Shown here: in pieces, positions 37,030 through 45,775 of the stretch | Numbering within the stretch: the first letter of the stretch is position 1 | Layout: each line of letters starts with the position of its first letter | Notes under the pieces: model-generated | Told to the model about the DNA's origin: nothing | Seen by the model: only the letters and a program-made list of their open reading frames with translations | Databases searched by the model: none | Made by a program: the position numbers and the translations under genes | Source: a virus | Length of the DNA: 64,000 nucleotides | IMG/VR virus record: IMGVR_UViG_3300036790_000366 | Location: 12,384 to 76,383 of that record | Direction: 5' to 3' (one strand)

Positions 37030-38184
37030 CTACTCCTCGTCGTCGTCCTCTTCTTCCTCGTCATCGTCGTCGGCCTCCACGTACGGGAGCAGCCACGCAC
37101 GCAGCTTCTCCGCGTTGTTGAAGGTGGACTTCTTGGGCGTCCCGTCGCACTCCTCCGAGAGCTTCTGGAGCGCTTCCAGGTCCATCTTGGGGAGGTCTTC
37201 GGCGGTCACGTAGCCGCCGTCCTCACCCTCGTCGTCTTCGTCGTCGTCTTCCTCGTCCTGGTCGTCCTCGTCCTCTTCTTCCTCCGAGGCGGCACGGACG
37301 AGCGCCTTCAGCTCGTCACGGAGAGCGTCCTCCGACTTCCCCTTGATGGGGACGTTGCTCTCCTCCGCGACTTCACGGAGCTGCTTGAGGGTGTAGTCGT
37401 CCAGGTCCTCTTCGGTCAGGACGCCGTCCTCGTCGGACTCGTCTTCATCCTCGTCAGCAGCATCGTCATCGTCGTCGTCATCGGACTCTTCGTCGTCGTC
37501 CTCGAAGTCGTCCTCTTCCTCATCGTCCTCAGCGTCGAATGCCTCGTCGGAAGACTCGTCGTCCTCAGCAGAATCATCAGCCACCTCCTCCCGAAAGTAA
37601 CCGTTCTTCTCCATCTGGGCGAGGATCGACTTCTTGACGAGGGTTTCCTCCAGCCGCTCGTCCCCCTCGCATAGCTCCTTGAAGATCTTCCGAAGTTCCG
37701 GAAGGGAAGTGTGGCTCTCCAGCCGCTCCCGGTCGTAGACCTCGCCGATGACGCTCTTGCTCGGCTCGACCATCGCACGGCGGGCCGGTCCGTCCTTGCG
37801 GCGCGGTCCGCTCTGCTTCGGCGCGTCCAGCTCGGAGACGGCCTTTGCGGTGTCCACGGCGAAGTCGAGGACTTCCCCGTACTCCGCCCAGTAGGCGGCG
37901 TGCAGCTCGTCCGCGACGTGCCGGGCCTTGCGTGCGTCCAGCTCCGCCCGCAGGACGTCATGCGCCTGAATCTTGGAGCGCGAGGACACGGTCTCCCGCA
38001 CTTCCTGGACGGGCTTGGCAGCGGGCTTGCGGGCCGGGGCGCTGCGCTTGGCTGCCGGGGGAGCTGCCTTGCGGGCGGGGGCGGCAGCGGCCCTCTTGGC
38101 GGCCGGAGCGGGCTTCGCGGCGGGCCGGGCGGTGCGGGACGAAGTCGCCTTCTTCGCCGGAGCGGTACGGGTACGGGTAGCCAT
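37030..38184 (-). CDS. Protein with histone-like AAK/PAR N-terminus, long acidic tracts and Rho-N/SAP-like repeats
   Basis: 'TLKQLREVA', 'SLPELRKI', 'MDLEALQKL' helix repeats separated by D/E runs. Confidence 0.65.
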   Translation of the reverse strand: MATRTRTAPAKKATSSRTARPAAKPAPAAKRAAAAPARKAAPPAAKRSAPARKPAAKPVQEVRETVSSRSKIQAHDVLRAELDARKARHVADELHAAYWAEYGEVLDFAVDTAKAVSELDAPKQSGPRRKDGPARRAMVEPSKSVIGEVYDRERLESHTSLPELRKIFKELCEGDERLEETLVKKSILAQMEKNGYFREEVADDSAEDDESSDEAFDAEDDEEEDDFEDDDEESDDDDDDDAADEDEDESDEDGVLTEEDLDDYTLKQLREVAEESNVPIKGKSEDALRDELKALVRAASEEEEDEDDQDEEDDDEDDEGEDGGYVTAEDLPKMDLEALQKLSEECDGTPKKSTFNNAEKLRAWLLPYVEADDDDEEEEDDDEE

Positions 38185-38220
38185 TGTCTCTCGGAATCCT
38201 TTTTCTTCAGTGGTATGGGT

Positions 38221-39054
38221 TTACTTGCGGAGCTTGCGGACCCGGGACGCTTCCGGGTGACGGGACTTCTCGGGCTTGAACTCGTCGTACCCGTCTTCAC
38301 GGGCCGGGCGCTTCTTCTTCTTCACCGGAGGACTGGCCGAAGAAGTGCGGGCTGGCTTGCGGCGCGGTCGGTACTCTTCCTCTTCCTCTTCCTCTTCCTC
38401 TTCCTCGGGCTCCTCTTCGTCGTCTTCCTCTTCGTCGTCCTCGTAGTCGTCTTCCTCCTCGGGCTCCTCCCGGGAACGGCGCGTCGGGCGCGACTTGGAC
38501 TTCGGCTTGGAGGAACGCGGTTCCTCGTCCTCGGGCTCTTCGCCGCCCGGGTCGAATCCGAGTTCCGAGATGATGGCCGCTTCCACGTCCAGAAGCGTGT
38601 ACCGGGAGAGGTCGCACCTGGTGGGGTCCAGACGATCCGCGCCGTAGGTCGTGTTCTCCTTGGTGGAACCCTCGCGCCAGATCGTGTAGTCCGCGGTCGT
38701 GATGGGGCGGTCGATCTTCCCGGCCACGCTGTCCGCGAGCTGGGAAGTCATCTGGATGATGCGCACCTTGCCGGACTCGCGGTCCAGAACGTTCGTGAGA
38801 ACACGCTTCGACGGGGAATTTCCGCTCTGGCAGCTCTCGCAGCTCTTGCGCCCGTCCGGATCCGAACACCAGACGAACTCGCCCGCGACGTAATGCTGCG
38901 CAGCCTCGTACCAGTCCTTCGGCTCTTGCAGGTACCGAACAGTGAACTGTTCGTCAGCCTTGAGCCGCCAGAGGAAGTCGGCACCCCCGCTGGCGCCCTT
39001 CTTGATTGCGGCACGCGCCTTCTTCGACGTGCCGTACTGCTTCGCTAATGCCAC
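38221..39054 (-). CDS. Single-stranded DNA-binding protein (gp32-like) with Zn site
   Basis: 'TVRYL...HY...C.......CESC', 'DYTIWREG...TTY'; acidic tail. Confidence 0.65.
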   Translation of the reverse strand: MALAKQYGTSKKARAAIKKGASGGADFLWRLKADEQFTVRYLQEPKDWYEAAQHYVAGEFVWCSDPDGRKSCESCQSGNSPSKRVLTNVLDRESGKVRIIQMTSQLADSVAGKIDRPITTADYTIWREGSTKENTTYGADRLDPTRCDLSRYTLLDVEAAIISELGFDPGGEEPEDEEPRSSKPKSKSRPTRRSREEPEEEDDYEDDEEEDDEEEPEEEEEEEEEEEYRPRRKPARTSSASPPVKKKKRPAREDGYDEFKPEKSRHPEASRVRKLRK

Positions 39055-39131
39055 GGATTCTCTCCTGAGATTTTTGCCGGGCCGGAGTCGCCACACTAGC
39101 ACGGCTCCGGCTTAGCCGTCGATGACGCAGG

Positions 39132-39326
39132 TCAGATGCCGTAGGTGGAGTGACCCTCCCATTCACAGGGGCACCCGGAGGTCTTACCGTTCGTGAAAAG
39201 GACGGTCGGATCGATTCCGCTTCGCCGCACCGTTGCCTCGTACAGCGGATTTGGTGACCTCTGGATTTCGCTCGGGACGACGCTTCCCTGAATCACGTTG
39301 TGGCTGTCGCCCGGGGAACTGCTCAT
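39132..39326 (-). CDS. Small hypothetical protein
   Basis: AAGGAG RBS; overlaps 39184..39483. Confidence 0.35.
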   Translation of the reverse strand: MSSSPGDSHNVIQGSVVPSEIQRSPNPLYEATVRRSGIDPTVLFTNGKTSGCPCEWEGHSTYGI

Positions 39327-39483
39327 GCAGCTTCTCCTTCGTCTCTTTGTGTGTCGGCGCTCCTGCCGACTTGGTCTCGTAGAACCAGTGGTACAGGCAC
39401 TGGACCCTGCCGTCGCAGGCGCAGAAGTGCTCCTGCGGCCCTGCCGCCGTCTGGTAGACGTCCTTGCGGACTCCGCAGATCAT
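39184..39483 (-). CDS. Small Cys/His-containing hypothetical protein
   Basis: ATGA coupling with the upstream gene. Confidence 0.4.
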   Translation of the reverse strand: MICGVRKDVYQTAAGPQEHFCACDGRVQCLYHWFYETKSAGAPTHKETKEKLHEQFPGRQPQRDSGKRRPERNPEVTKSAVRGNGAAKRNRSDRPFHER

Positions 39484-39809
39484 TTTGCCTTCCTCCTGAG
39501 CTTCTTCACGGGAGGCACGTGCCCGGGGACCTGCTCTCCGGCAGCCACCGCCCGGTCCCGGGCCTCACGCTGGTCTCTGACGGCCTGCTGCTGCTTGCTG
39601 AGCACCGGAGGGCGCTCGGCACGCTCCAGGGCCGCCACGGCGCTCTCCGGGATTTCCAGCACCAGGACGGGACCGAGCTCCGGATGCACCTGGTAGTGGA
39701 ACCTGGCCCGCGGTCCGGCCCCCAGCGTCTCGGCCTGACCCACGAAGTCCTTCAGCGCTTGCAGGTATTCGGAGTACTCGGTCAGGCGCAGGACCACGCG
39801 GCGGCTCAC
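39480..39809 (-). CDS. Hypothetical protein
   Basis: 109 aa, GTGA coupling. Confidence 0.6.
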   Translation of the reverse strand: MSRRVVLRLTEYSEYLQALKDFVGQAETLGAGPRARFHYQVHPELGPVLVLEIPESAVAALERAERPPVLSKQQQAVRDQREARDRAVAAGEQVPGHVPPVKKLRRKAK

Positions 39810-40366
39810 TTCGTCCTCCGCAGCTTCTTCGTCGGCTTCAGTACTTTCTGCGGGGCTGGCTCCTCCGGCTTGGGCCTCGGGCCCGGAGGGAGCTTGCTGC
39901 GCCGACTGGCCGCCACCTCTTCCGTCTCCTTGGCGGTGAGCAGGTTCGGCGGCTGCATGGCCATGGCGTTCTTCGGCGGGTTCTTGGCCACCTCCTCAGC
40001 ACGTTCGGCGAGAAGCGCCGCCTTCTTCTCGTCACCGGCCACCGACCACGACGGCGGGAAAGTACCCGGCTTGCGGTCCATCGTCTTCGGGTCGAAGTCC
40101 ATATGACGGCACATCTTTCCGTCGATCAGGTAGTAGCCACCGGTGGAGGTGACTCTGGCATCCGGAAACTCCGCGAGGATCGCCTTCTGGATCCGCTCCA
40201 TGAACTCTTCGTAGAGGATGTTCCTGGAGTCGTTCCCCTGGGAGATCGTGTAGGAGTTCTGCACTTCGATCTGCACCGACTTCTGCACCGCCCTACCGGT
40301 GTCCGTCGGCTTCTTCTGCGCCGCCACCTTCGGACGCAGCATCTTCGCCATCTGCTCCTCCTTCAT
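39806..40366 (-). CDS. Hypothetical protein
   Basis: 186 aa. Confidence 0.6.
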   Translation of the reverse strand: MKEEQMAKMLRPKVAAQKKPTDTGRAVQKSVQIEVQNSYTISQGNDSRNILYEEFMERIQKAILAEFPDARVTSTGGYYLIDGKMCRHMDFDPKTMDRKPGTFPPSWSVAGDEKKAALLAERAEEVAKNPPKNAMAMQPPNLLTAKETEEVAASRRSKLPPGPRPKPEEPAPQKVLKPTKKLRRTK

Positions 40367-40387
40367 ACTGCCGGGTTTCCAAGCTCC

Positions 40388-40416
40388 CCCTCCCCGCGAC
40401 CATCGGGGAGGGAGGG
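40388..40416 (-). terminator. GC hairpin, probable terminator
   Basis: CCCTCCCCG...CGGGGAGGG. Confidence 0.5.
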
Positions 40417-40433
40417 CAAGGGAATCCTACAGA

Positions 40434-40625
40434 CTATCCGTAGACGTCCGACATGATGACGATCTCGGGGTCAGGGAGTTCTCGAACGACCAGCGGAGAA
40501 AGCTCGTGGAAGCATTCGCTCTCCGAGACGATGCTCCTGGCCTCCTTCTCGGTTTCAGCCTGGACCACCGCCATGGAGGACAAGCCATAGGCTGGCTCGT
40601 CCGTGGTGAAGAGGAACACCTTCAT
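40434..40625 (-). CDS. Small hypothetical protein
   Basis: MKVFLF...VVQAETEKEAR, a common small-phage-protein pattern. Confidence 0.55.
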   Translation of the reverse strand: MKVFLFTTDEPAYGLSSMAVVQAETEKEARSIVSESECFHELSPLVVRELPDPEIVIMSDVYG

Positions 40626-41068
40626 CACAGGGAATCCGCGCTCGGGTTGACCCACTTGACGGACGGGGTGGACGGCTCGATCCGGACCATGAACTTCTCC
40701 ACGTCCTTCACGTCGATGTCCCCGAGCGCCAGCAGGGCGTGCAGCTTGTCCGGGTCGAGCTCCTGCGTGCTCGCCTTCTTCCAGAGGTTCTTCTCCTTCA
40801 GGTACTCGATGAGCGGGGCCACGTCCCACTTCTGGCCCGCGTCGCCCTGCGACACCTTCGCCCCGAGCTCCTTGCCGTCGAGCTGGAAGCGGATCGTCTT
40901 GCCGTTCACCCCGATCAGCTCGGAGAGTTCGGGCACGAGTTCCGCCGAGTACTCCTTCCGGACGTCCTCCGCATCCTTCGCCTGCACCGAGAGCCGCTTG
41001 AGCATGGCCAAGTGCTCCCGGGCGTCGTCCAGGGCGCGCTTCTCCGCCAGCTCCTCGTTGATGGACAT
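40625..41068 (-). CDS. Hypothetical protein (Gam/Gp157-like architecture possible)
   Basis: Coiled-coil N-terminus plus 'ELDPDKL..LL..G.I'. Confidence 0.55.
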   Translation of the reverse strand: MSINEELAEKRALDDAREHLAMLKRLSVQAKDAEDVRKEYSAELVPELSELIGVNGKTIRFQLDGKELGAKVSQGDAGQKWDVAPLIEYLKEKNLWKKASTQELDPDKLHALLALGDIDVKDVEKFMVRIEPSTPSVKWVNPSADSL

Positions 41069-43012
41069 CTAGTACCAACCTTCCAGGTTTCTCGACATGA
41101 GTTCCGTTACTGTTTCCGCCATCAGCCAGAAGACGTCACCGGTGGTGCGTCGGACGATGTCGAAGTTCTTTTCGTAGGACCACTTGTTGTCCTCACCGAA
41201 GCCGATGAGGCCGCACGCCTTGACGACGTCCGTCATGGACGCCAGGGATTTCGCTATCACATCGGATTCGTTCCACTGGCCGTCCGTCAGCGAGATGAGG
41301 AACTTCCCCGGTGTCTGCACCTGAGACAGGATCCTGCGCGCCTCCACGATGGCGTCGATCGCGTTCGTCCCGCCGGAGGCGTGCGGGTAGATGAAAGTGC
41401 TGTGCTCCACTTTGTCGTCGAGCTCGTAGAGCAGCCGCGAGGAGCTGTCGTAGGTGATGACGCAGACTTTCACGTCCACCTGCTCGCACGCCTTCTTGAT
41501 GCACCAGATGGCTTGCGCGGCCAGCAGACCGCGGACACCGACGGACCTTCCTTGGCTGTCTCTCACAGCGGTGTCCATCGAAGCGGATTCGTCCGAGATG
41601 ATGATGCCGGTCGCGGCGGAGTTGTGCTGCTGCCCCTCGCTCCAGTCGGCGTAGACGTCCTCTGTGTCCTCGTCCGACATGGCCGCCGTGAAGACACGGC
41701 TCATGTCCAGACGAGAGCCGTCGGAGACCCCGTAGCGCCAGCCGGGCTCCATGGCCTGCCAGATGCGCGCGAGCTCGCCAGCGTAGCGCTCAGAGCGTTC
41801 CCGCATGCCCGTGGTCACAGCGTGCTGGTGGGCGCGGATCGCCGGGTGGCGCTCCATGGAGGAGTGCAGGCCGTTGGTCATGTCGTCCATGACGTCGCGA
41901 ACATTCTGGACGTCCGTCTTGACCGTCTCGCTGTCCAGGATGTCTTCCATCAGGACTTCCAGGGCGCCCCGGATGTCCCGGTCGCTCAGGGCGTCGCGGC
42001 CCTTCCCGCTGCCAGCTTTCTGACCGGCTCCGTTATCACCAGAGGAACCACCTCCCCGCTCCTCCGAACCACCTTCACCGTCGTCTCCGTCCAGCTCTCC
42101 AGGATTTCGGTTACCGGGTTGAGAACCAGCACCCGGCGGATTCTGCCCACCGCCATCCTGCGTACCGGACGAGTCGTCATCCGCTTCTGTATCGCCATCC
42201 TGGAAATCGGGATCGTCTGCGCCATCTTCCTCCCCCTTCTCGGCCTTCTCCTGATCCTGCTTCTGCTGCCCCGGCTGCGTCATCTTGTTGCTGCCGTCGT
42301 TCGCTCCGGCAACCGCTTGGCTGTGGTTCGGCGCCGTCGCGCTGGCGGGGATGAGCTTGGCGAACTCCTTGATGATCCTCCCGGCCTCGGCCATGTCCTG
42401 CGGGTAGAGAAGAAGGCGGTACCTGTCGATCAGTTCTTCCGCCTGCTTCGTCTGGGGCTCGCCGAAAGCTGCGGCGTACCTCTGGCGAAGTACCCCCCGC
42501 ACCTTCTTCGGAAGGTACTTGCGCCCGTGCACCAGAAGATAGGTCTCCGGATCCGGCGAACCGATGATGAGGTCCGCCACGATGAGCGTGAAGTACTTCT
42601 TCAGGCGCGGGTACCGGGCGGAGAGAAGTGTCTCCACGCGCCCTTCCTCCAGGATGTTGTACGCATCCTCGAAGTTTGTCGCACTGTCTACTGCCCTCTT
42701 GATCCTCTCCACGTCGCTGAAGGTGTAGACGACGTGCGCGAGCTCGTGGTAATTCAGCCCCAGTATGGTGGCGATACCACGGTCCGACAGCGTGTCTCGC
42801 ACCTTGTCCGGGTGGATGTAGATCTCGTTTTTGACGGAGAAGGCGGGGTGCCTGCCCAGCCCCCCGCTCAGCACGCTTCTCCGGAGCGTGACGTTCACCG
42901 ACTCGATTCCGGACAGCGTGCGGTCGGCCAGCTGGAGAGACCAGCGCAGCCCCTGCAACCGGGTCGTCTGCCGGTCCCATTCCTGGTAGACGTCCCCGTT
43001 AGCGGTCGCCAT
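41069..43012 (-). CDS. vWA protein with N-terminal HExxH metallopeptidase-like domain (CobT-like)
   Basis: 'HELAH...LEEGRVE'; acidic Gly-rich linker; MIDAS 'DESAS...GGT...LTDG'. Confidence 0.85.
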   Translation of the reverse strand: MATANGDVYQEWDRQTTRLQGLRWSLQLADRTLSGIESVNVTLRRSVLSGGLGRHPAFSVKNEIYIHPDKVRDTLSDRGIATILGLNYHELAHVVYTFSDVERIKRAVDSATNFEDAYNILEEGRVETLLSARYPRLKKYFTLIVADLIIGSPDPETYLLVHGRKYLPKKVRGVLRQRYAAAFGEPQTKQAEELIDRYRLLLYPQDMAEAGRIIKEFAKLIPASATAPNHSQAVAGANDGSNKMTQPGQQKQDQEKAEKGEEDGADDPDFQDGDTEADDDSSGTQDGGGQNPPGAGSQPGNRNPGELDGDDGEGGSEERGGGSSGDNGAGQKAGSGKGRDALSDRDIRGALEVLMEDILDSETVKTDVQNVRDVMDDMTNGLHSSMERHPAIRAHQHAVTTGMRERSERYAGELARIWQAMEPGWRYGVSDGSRLDMSRVFTAAMSDEDTEDVYADWSEGQQHNSAATGIIISDESASMDTAVRDSQGRSVGVRGLLAAQAIWCIKKACEQVDVKVCVITYDSSSRLLYELDDKVEHSTFIYPHASGGTNAIDAIVEARRILSQVQTPGKFLISLTDGQWNESDVIAKSLASMTDVVKACGLIGFGEDNKWSYEKNFDIVRRTTGDVFWLMAETVTELMSRNLEGWY

Positions 43013-44027
43013 CGTCGTCCTCGAAAGTGAAGTCGGTCTGCTTGAGCCCCTGGCCCATCTTCGCGTTCCAGTCCACGTCGTATTCCGTGTCCGGAAGTAC
43101 CGTGTCGAGCTTCGCGCCGAGGAGCTTCTTGGCGATACCGGCGATCTGCGGCTTCAGCTTGTCGGAGTGCGCATCGACGATGAGCTTCAGGGCGCCGCGC
43201 TCCCCGGTGGAGAACATGGCGTTGAAGTTCGCTTCGGCGAAGTTGTAGCCCAGCGCCACCGCGATGTCGATGAACTCCATCAAACTGTTCGTGCTCACCG
43301 GGGTCTTGATTCCCGGACTGGCCCGGATCTTCTTGGCCATCTCCAGGAGCTCCGAGGACTTGATCAGCCTGCCCTCGACCGCTTCGTTGTAGTCCCACGG
43401 GATCTTGATGGCGAACCGGTTCAGGAAGGCCTCGTTCAGCTGCATCGTGCCCCGGTAGTCCGGGTTGTAGTCCGTCACGACGAGAAGCTTTTCGTGCGCC
43501 TTGACGATTTCCCCGCCCTTGCGCAGCAGGGGAAGTTCCCGGCGGTGGTCCAGCAGGGGGAAAAGACTCGCCGCGACCTTCGGCGACATGAAGTTCGCCT
43601 CGCTGATGTCCAGAACTCCGCCGCTCCGGACGAGCTCCGTCACCGGGCCGTCCTGCCACACGAAGCCGCCTTCCCCGTCCGGCTGCCAGCCACCGAGCAA
43701 AGCACCCGGCTCCATGGAGACGTCGCAGGGGACCGCGTAGAAATTCAGCCCCTTCAGGGCGGCCCACGCCATCGGGAACATCGTCTTCCCGGAACCCGTC
43801 GGACCGCGGACCAGAAGGTTGACCCTGCGGTCCATGCAGAACTGCAAGACGTCGAAGTCCTTCTGCCCGTTCACGGTCCGGCTGACGTACTTCAGGCCGT
43901 AGTCCGGATGGGGGACGTAGGAATGCCTCTCCTCCGGACGCTGCTCCGCCTCCAGCACCTCGACTTCTTCGGGTACCACCACCTTTCCGTTCCTCAGGTT
44001 CTTCGTCACCTTGACGTCGCTCGCCAC
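42999..44027 (-). CDS. MoxR / CbbQ / CobS-family AAA+ ATPase
   Basis: 'GPTGSGKT', 'WQDGPV', 'YNPDYRG...LNEAFLNRF'; paired with vWA. Confidence 0.88.
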   Translation of the reverse strand: MASDVKVTKNLRNGKVVVPEEVEVLEAEQRPEERHSYVPHPDYGLKYVSRTVNGQKDFDVLQFCMDRRVNLLVRGPTGSGKTMFPMAWAALKGLNFYAVPCDVSMEPGALLGGWQPDGEGGFVWQDGPVTELVRSGGVLDISEANFMSPKVAASLFPLLDHRRELPLLRKGGEIVKAHEKLLVVTDYNPDYRGTMQLNEAFLNRFAIKIPWDYNEAVEGRLIKSSELLEMAKKIRASPGIKTPVSTNSLMEFIDIAVALGYNFAEANFNAMFSTGERGALKLIVDAHSDKLKPQIAGIAKKLLGAKLDTVLPDTEYDVDWNAKMGQGLKQTDFTFEDDDGDR

Positions 44028-44028
44028 G

Positions 44029-44472
44029 TCATCTTCCTTCCGGGTCCGGGACCCTGCGGTCCAGAGCGCTCTCGGGTATGCGGTACGTGTTTCCTTCGAC
44101 GAGGCTTTCGTTCCCGCCGTTGCGCAGAACCTCCACGCGGACCTTTCCGTCGCTGTAGAGCTCGATGAAGCGGACCACCACGTGCCGGTAGGAGGCCCCC
44201 AGAAGCTCGTAGCAGGCCTCCGGGGCCAGAGCCGGAGCTCCCTCCCGGTAGTGCCGTACGCGCTTGAGGAAGGCTGTCCGGAAGGCGTCCGGGTCCTGCG
44301 CCTCCAAGCCCATCCGGTCGGAGATCCGGGAGTCGATGGCCTCCACGAGCTCGTAGAGGTACGGGTCGAATTCCCCGCGCACCAGAGCATCCGTGAATTC
44401 TTCGACGAAGTCCAGGACTTCGTTCATCGGGGACAGCGGGAGGGACTTGCGGCGAACCTTCTTCTCCGCCAT
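44029..44472 (-). CDS. Hypothetical protein
   Basis: 147 aa. Confidence 0.6.
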   Translation of the reverse strand: MAEKKVRRKSLPLSPMNEVLDFVEEFTDALVRGEFDPYLYELVEAIDSRISDRMGLEAQDPDAFRTAFLKRVRHYREGAPALAPEACYELLGASYRHVVVRFIELYSDGKVRVEVLRNGGNESLVEGNTYRIPESALDRRVPDPEGR

Positions 44473-44669
44473 CAGGTAGCGCCCTTCATGGCTTCCCGGT
44501 ACGCCTTGGCCATATTGCCGTACTCACCGATGGCGATGGCCTGCTCTGGAGTGAGCTCCATGGTTCCCGAGAGGCACCCGTCGTAGAAGCACACGAAAAC
44601 AGTGTCCCGGTGCTTGATGTGGTTCACCGTCATGCGCTCAGGACCGTTTCTAGTCTTCTTCTTGGCCAT
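44472..44669 (-). CDS. Small hypothetical protein
   Basis: 65 aa, TGATG coupling. Confidence 0.55.
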   Translation of the reverse strand: MAKKKTRNGPERMTVNHIKHRDTVFVCFYDGCLSGTMELTPEQAIAIGEYGNMAKAYREAMKGAT

Positions 44670-44872
44670 CAGAAGTCGAGCTCCGTCTCTTCCACGCGGA
44701 TGAGCTTCACCTTGAAGCCGCGCCTCCGCTGATCCTGCGCCAGTTCCATGGCCGACTCGATGGCGCGGCGGATCAGACTGGTGACCGAGAGCCCGTCCTT
44801 TATCTTGCTCTTCCACTCGACCCGGTAGAAGACGTTCCTGTCGTGCTCATATTCCACTACTCCCTCCGGCAC
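44669..44872 (-). CDS. Small hypothetical protein
   Basis: GTG start with GGAGG RBS, 67 aa. Confidence 0.55.
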   Translation of the reverse strand: MPEGVVEYEHDRNVFYRVEWKSKIKDGLSVTSLIRRAIESAMELAQDQRRRGFKVKLIRVEETELDF

Positions 44873-44899
44873 TTCTTCCTCCCTTGTCTGTTGCTTGCG

Positions 44900-44967
44900 C
44901 GGACCGGACGGGAATCGAACCCGTGACCGAGGCGTATTGCTCTGCTCTACCACTGAGCTACCGGCCC
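44900..44967 (-). ncRNA. tRNA-like RNA with intact acceptor, D and T arms but a shortened anticodon arm
   Basis: GGGCCGG-TA-GCTC-AGTGGTA-GAGC-[19 nt]-ACGGG-TTCGATT-CCCGT-CCGGTCC-G. Confidence 0.8.
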
Positions 44968-44971
44968 GTGT

Positions 44972-44987
44972 GGGGCCTTTCGGCCCC
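44972..44987 (-). terminator. GAAA-tetraloop hairpin directly 5' of the tRNA-like RNA
   Basis: GGGGCC-GAAA-GGCCCC. Confidence 0.45.
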
Positions 44988-44996
44988 GTCGTGCTG

Positions 44997-45233
44997 TTAC
45001 TTCGCTTCCAGGATCTCGACGACCACGCGCACCCGGACGGGCACCGTGCCGTCCAGCGGCCCCTTCTTCAGGTACAGGCCGCCGATGACGTGTCCGTCGG
45101 GGTCTCCGGTCTCGTTGAGCCGGTAGGTCCCGGGAGTCTCCTTGAAAGAGACGAACTCCGCCTCCATCCGGACGACACCGGGCTTCTTCGCCGCAGCCTT
45201 CTTGGCCGGGCGCTTGACGACTGGAACGGTCAT
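44997..45233 (-). CDS. Small basic hypothetical protein
   Basis: 78 aa, AAGGAAG RBS. Confidence 0.6.
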   Translation of the reverse strand: MTVPVVKRPAKKAAAKKPGVVRMEAEFVSFKETPGTYRLNETGDPDGHVIGGLYLKKGPLDGTVPVRVRVVVEILEAK

Positions 45234-45244
45234 GCTTCCTTCTC

Positions 45245-45772
45245 TCATGTCTTGAAAGCCTCCCGGAAGCACTCCACGTGCCCCCCGGTTCCCTCTGCTT
45301 CTTCCTCGCTGAGCTCTTCCGAGCAGACTGCGCAGCGGAGGAACAACTTACCGTACTCGACCATGCAGTCCATCGGACCGGCCTTCCGAATCTCCAGGAC
45401 CGCGTAAGTCCGGTCGTAGACGCCGGAGAGGAGCTGTGCCGCCCCGGTGTCCATGTCGAACCCGGTGACGAACCAGAACTCCGCCCAGCGTCCCTCCTGG
45501 AACTGCCGGACCAGGAAGTGCGCGCCGGACGGGCCCCAGGTCTGCGGCGGGATGTAATAGTGCCCGTTCGGCACTGCCAGGGACTCGATGTACTCGGCGA
45601 GCAGCTGGCTCTTGGACAGCGCAGCCTCGGAGGGCACGGCCTTCGACGGTGCCCACATGTCGATTTTTGCGTTCCGCGCTCTCCGCTGCCTGCGCTCGGC
45701 TGCCTCCGCGCATTTCTTCCCCGTCTCCGGGCTCCGGTGGTTACCGCCGCAGTGCGCGCAGTGGTACGACAC
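45245..45772 (-). CDS. Zn-binding hypothetical protein (DUF6011-like C-terminus)
   Basis: 'YG....RCAVC...L...EA...G.HVEC'; N-terminal CxxC-H-C. Confidence 0.55.
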   Translation of the reverse strand: MSYHCAHCGGNHRSPETGKKCAEAAERRQRRARNAKIDMWAPSKAVPSEAALSKSQLLAEYIESLAVPNGHYYIPPQTWGPSGAHFLVRQFQEGRWAEFWFVTGFDMDTGAAQLLSGVYDRTYAVLEIRKAGPMDCMVEYGKLFLRCAVCSEELSEEEAEGTGGHVECFREAFKT

Positions 45773-45775
45773 CTG

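Noticed and set aside
37400-37570. TCGTCC/TCTTCC-type microsatellite tracts (also 38370-38460)
   Set aside because: They simply encode Asp/Glu runs
44900-44967. Calling a normal tRNA (e.g. Val-TAC or Ile-AAT) or an attP site
   Set aside because: No 5-bp stem with 7-nt loop can be formed, so no anticodon can be assigned; no integrase is visible
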